Source: a virus (lineage: Duplodnaviria; Caudoviricetes). From it: a stretch of 44,418 nt of DNA. Location: positions 1 to 44,418 of the IMG/VR virus record IMGVR_UViG_3300048080_000048; one strand, written 5' to 3'. The position numbers and the translations under genes were made by a program. Of the stretch, positions 43,173 to 44,418 are shown in pieces (positions within the stretch are counted from its first letter, which is position 1; each line of letters begins with the position of its first letter). A model generated the notes under the pieces. The model had not been told where the DNA came from. It made no database searches and saw nothing but the letters and a program-made list of their open reading frames with translations.

Positions 43173-43413
43173 GTCCCGCCGGCTCCTTGTCTGCGGTGAT
43201 CCCCGCCCAGCACGTGGGGCAGTAGCAGCAGTACGTATATGGGTCGAACGCGACCCACCCCTCGGGCACCACGTCCTCCACGCGCACGTCCCACACCGGA
43301 CCTCCGAATCCGTGGTCGCGGCCCGATAGAGACTCAAACCGCTTACTGAGCCACTTGGTGCCTTCGACCACAGCATCGCATCCACCGCACGAGAAGATCA
43401 CTCGGACGCTCAC
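43165..43413 (-). CDS. small zinc-binding protein
   Basis: CGGC...CCYCPTC. Confidence 0.6.
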   Translation of the reverse strand: MSVRVIFSCGGCDAVVEGTKWLSKRFESLSGRDHGFGGPVWDVRVEDVVPEGWVAFDPYTYCCYCPTCWAGITADKEPAGHD

Positions 43414-43604
43414 GGCATCACCTCCGGGGCGTCAGGGTCGTACCATTTGGCGCGAGCGTTCGTAGCCGCGTTGAAGGCGTCAAGGCATGCGATCAAGTAG
43501 CTGGCCAAGATAAAGTCGGGGGTGTTCGATGCGTTCTCTGCGCTCGCAGAGTTCACAGCGGCTCTAATCCGTTCTTCAAGCCGCGCGTCAGGCTGGGCGC
43601 TCAT
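43410..43604 (-). CDS. conserved small phage protein
   Basis: N..SAENASNTPDFILASYL..CL motif. Confidence 0.65.
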   Translation of the reverse strand: MSAQPDARLEERIRAAVNSASAENASNTPDFILASYLIACLDAFNAATNARAKWYDPDAPEVMP

Positions 43605-44134
43605 GGGGCTGCCCGGACAGCACTTCGGATTCCGCCCGGCTCGGTGATGTGCGAGAAGTTGCCCTCGGCGTGCTCGCGGATGATCTCGTACCACTGGCCT
43701 CGAATCTCCACCTTGACCACGGCGTAAGCACCCTCGCGCACGAGCCAGACACCCTCTACGGGAACAGCTATTCGGTACTCCTCATGCTCGCTCACGTCCG
43801 CGCCCCTCCTTTCCACTCGTCCAGCGCCTCGCAGAATCGCATCCATCGCCGCAGCGGACGCTTCTGCATGCTCCAGCTTTTCTACCAACGCCTTCCAGTC
43901 TGTAGGTGTGGGCGGCAACCCCCGCATCAGTTCGCACTTGCGCTCCGCCGCCTCGCAGCGCGCGATGAGGGAGTCCGCCGCGTCGAGCGCGTCCGCGAAG
44001 ATGATGTCGGAGTCGTCGGGGCGCCCCGGGACGCACATCGTCCACTTGCGCTTCCCGATGCAGATGGCTTCTGACTCAGCGCGAGCCTTGAGCAGCCTCT
44101 CGCGTGTTGCCGCGAGGTCGAGCGGGGCGGTCAT
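43601..44134 (-). CDS. mosaic early protein, paralog of 2267..2845; probably two genes fused (second start GTG 43795)
   Basis: MTAPLDLAA start; internal AGGAGG RBS plus GTG. Confidence 0.6.
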   Translation of the reverse strand: MTAPLDLAATRERLLKARAESEAICIGKRKWTMCVPGRPDDSDIIFADALDAADSLIARCEAAERKCELMRGLPPTPTDWKALVEKLEHAEASAAAMDAILRGAGRVERRGADVSEHEEYRIAVPVEGVWLVREGAYAVVKVEIRGQWYEIIREHAEGNFSHITEPGGIRSAVRAAP

Positions 44135-44418
44135 GAGATGATGTCGTCCCCGTCCCCGTACCCGTACCCGTCCCCGTACCCGGCCCCGGACCCGTCCCCG
44201 TACCCGTCCCCGTACCCGTCCCCGTACCCGTCCCCGTACCCGGCCCCGGACCCGTCCCCGGCCCCGTACCCGTCCCCGTACCCGTCCCCGTACCCGGCCC
44301 CGTACCCGGCCCCGGCCCCGTACCCGTCCCCGTACCCGGCCCCGGACCCGTCCCCGTACCCGTCCCCGTACCCCGCCCCGGACCCCTCCCCGTACCCGTA
44401 CCCCGCCCCCGACCCGTC
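44131..44418 (-). CDS. 3' part of the Gly-rich repeat protein (ends ...YGDGDDIIS*)
   Basis: (GGG-NNC)n tract ends in TGA overlapping the ATG of 43601..44134. Confidence 0.7.
   Translation of the reverse strand, partial: DGSGAGYGYGEGSGAGYGDGYGDGSGAGYGDGYGAGAGYGAGYGDGYGDGYGAGDGSGAGYGDGYGDGYGDGYGDGSGAGYGDGYGYGDGDDIIS
44146..44418 (-). repeat. 6-bp microsatellite (GGG-NNC)n, right part
   Basis: About 45 units of the same type as 1-89; degenerate in the last ~50 nt. Confidence 0.95.

Noticed and set aside
44146-44418. DGR-type adenine mutagenesis (NNC codons), telomere or terminal repeat
   Set aside because: No AAC template or RT. The tract lies within a CDS, and the 8-nt end match (GACCCGTC) is uninformative inside a microsatellite.

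Overview
This window looks like an essentially complete ~44.4 kb high-GC tailed phage genome with podovirus-like gene content. It appears to be linearised inside a (Gly-X)n microsatellite gene that starts at 302, runs off the left end and resumes at 44418-44131. The minus-strand early arms (1-8054, 10137-12021, 40976-44418) hold many small mosaic genes, a Cas4-like exonuclease, an XRE HTH protein and a NinG-like nuclease. A small plus-strand island (8371-10065) carries a Zn knuckle, a secreted FN3 protein and an HNH endonuclease. The plus-strand arm from 12815 encodes a YdaU/DUF1376-like replication initiator with internal iterons, terminase, a glycosyltransferase/methyltransferase cassette, portal, scaffold, SU10/DUF5309-type capsid, a further glycosyltransferase, tail and ejection proteins, an M15 endolysin, holin-like genes and one tRNA. 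I recognise no integrase, DNA polymerase or reverse transcriptase. The most notable features are: (1) a tRNA with a leucine-type class II body but a proline UGG anticodon; (2) a five-glycosyltransferase, two-methyltransferase set embedded in the virion operon alongside S/T-A-S/T-A-rich structural proteins; (3) a three-way-junction RNA motif repeated at the ends of both plus-strand operons, plus several other structured leaders and a candidate sRNA; (4) genes shuffled through short conserved patches. All family assignments come from motif recognition by eye, not from database searches.
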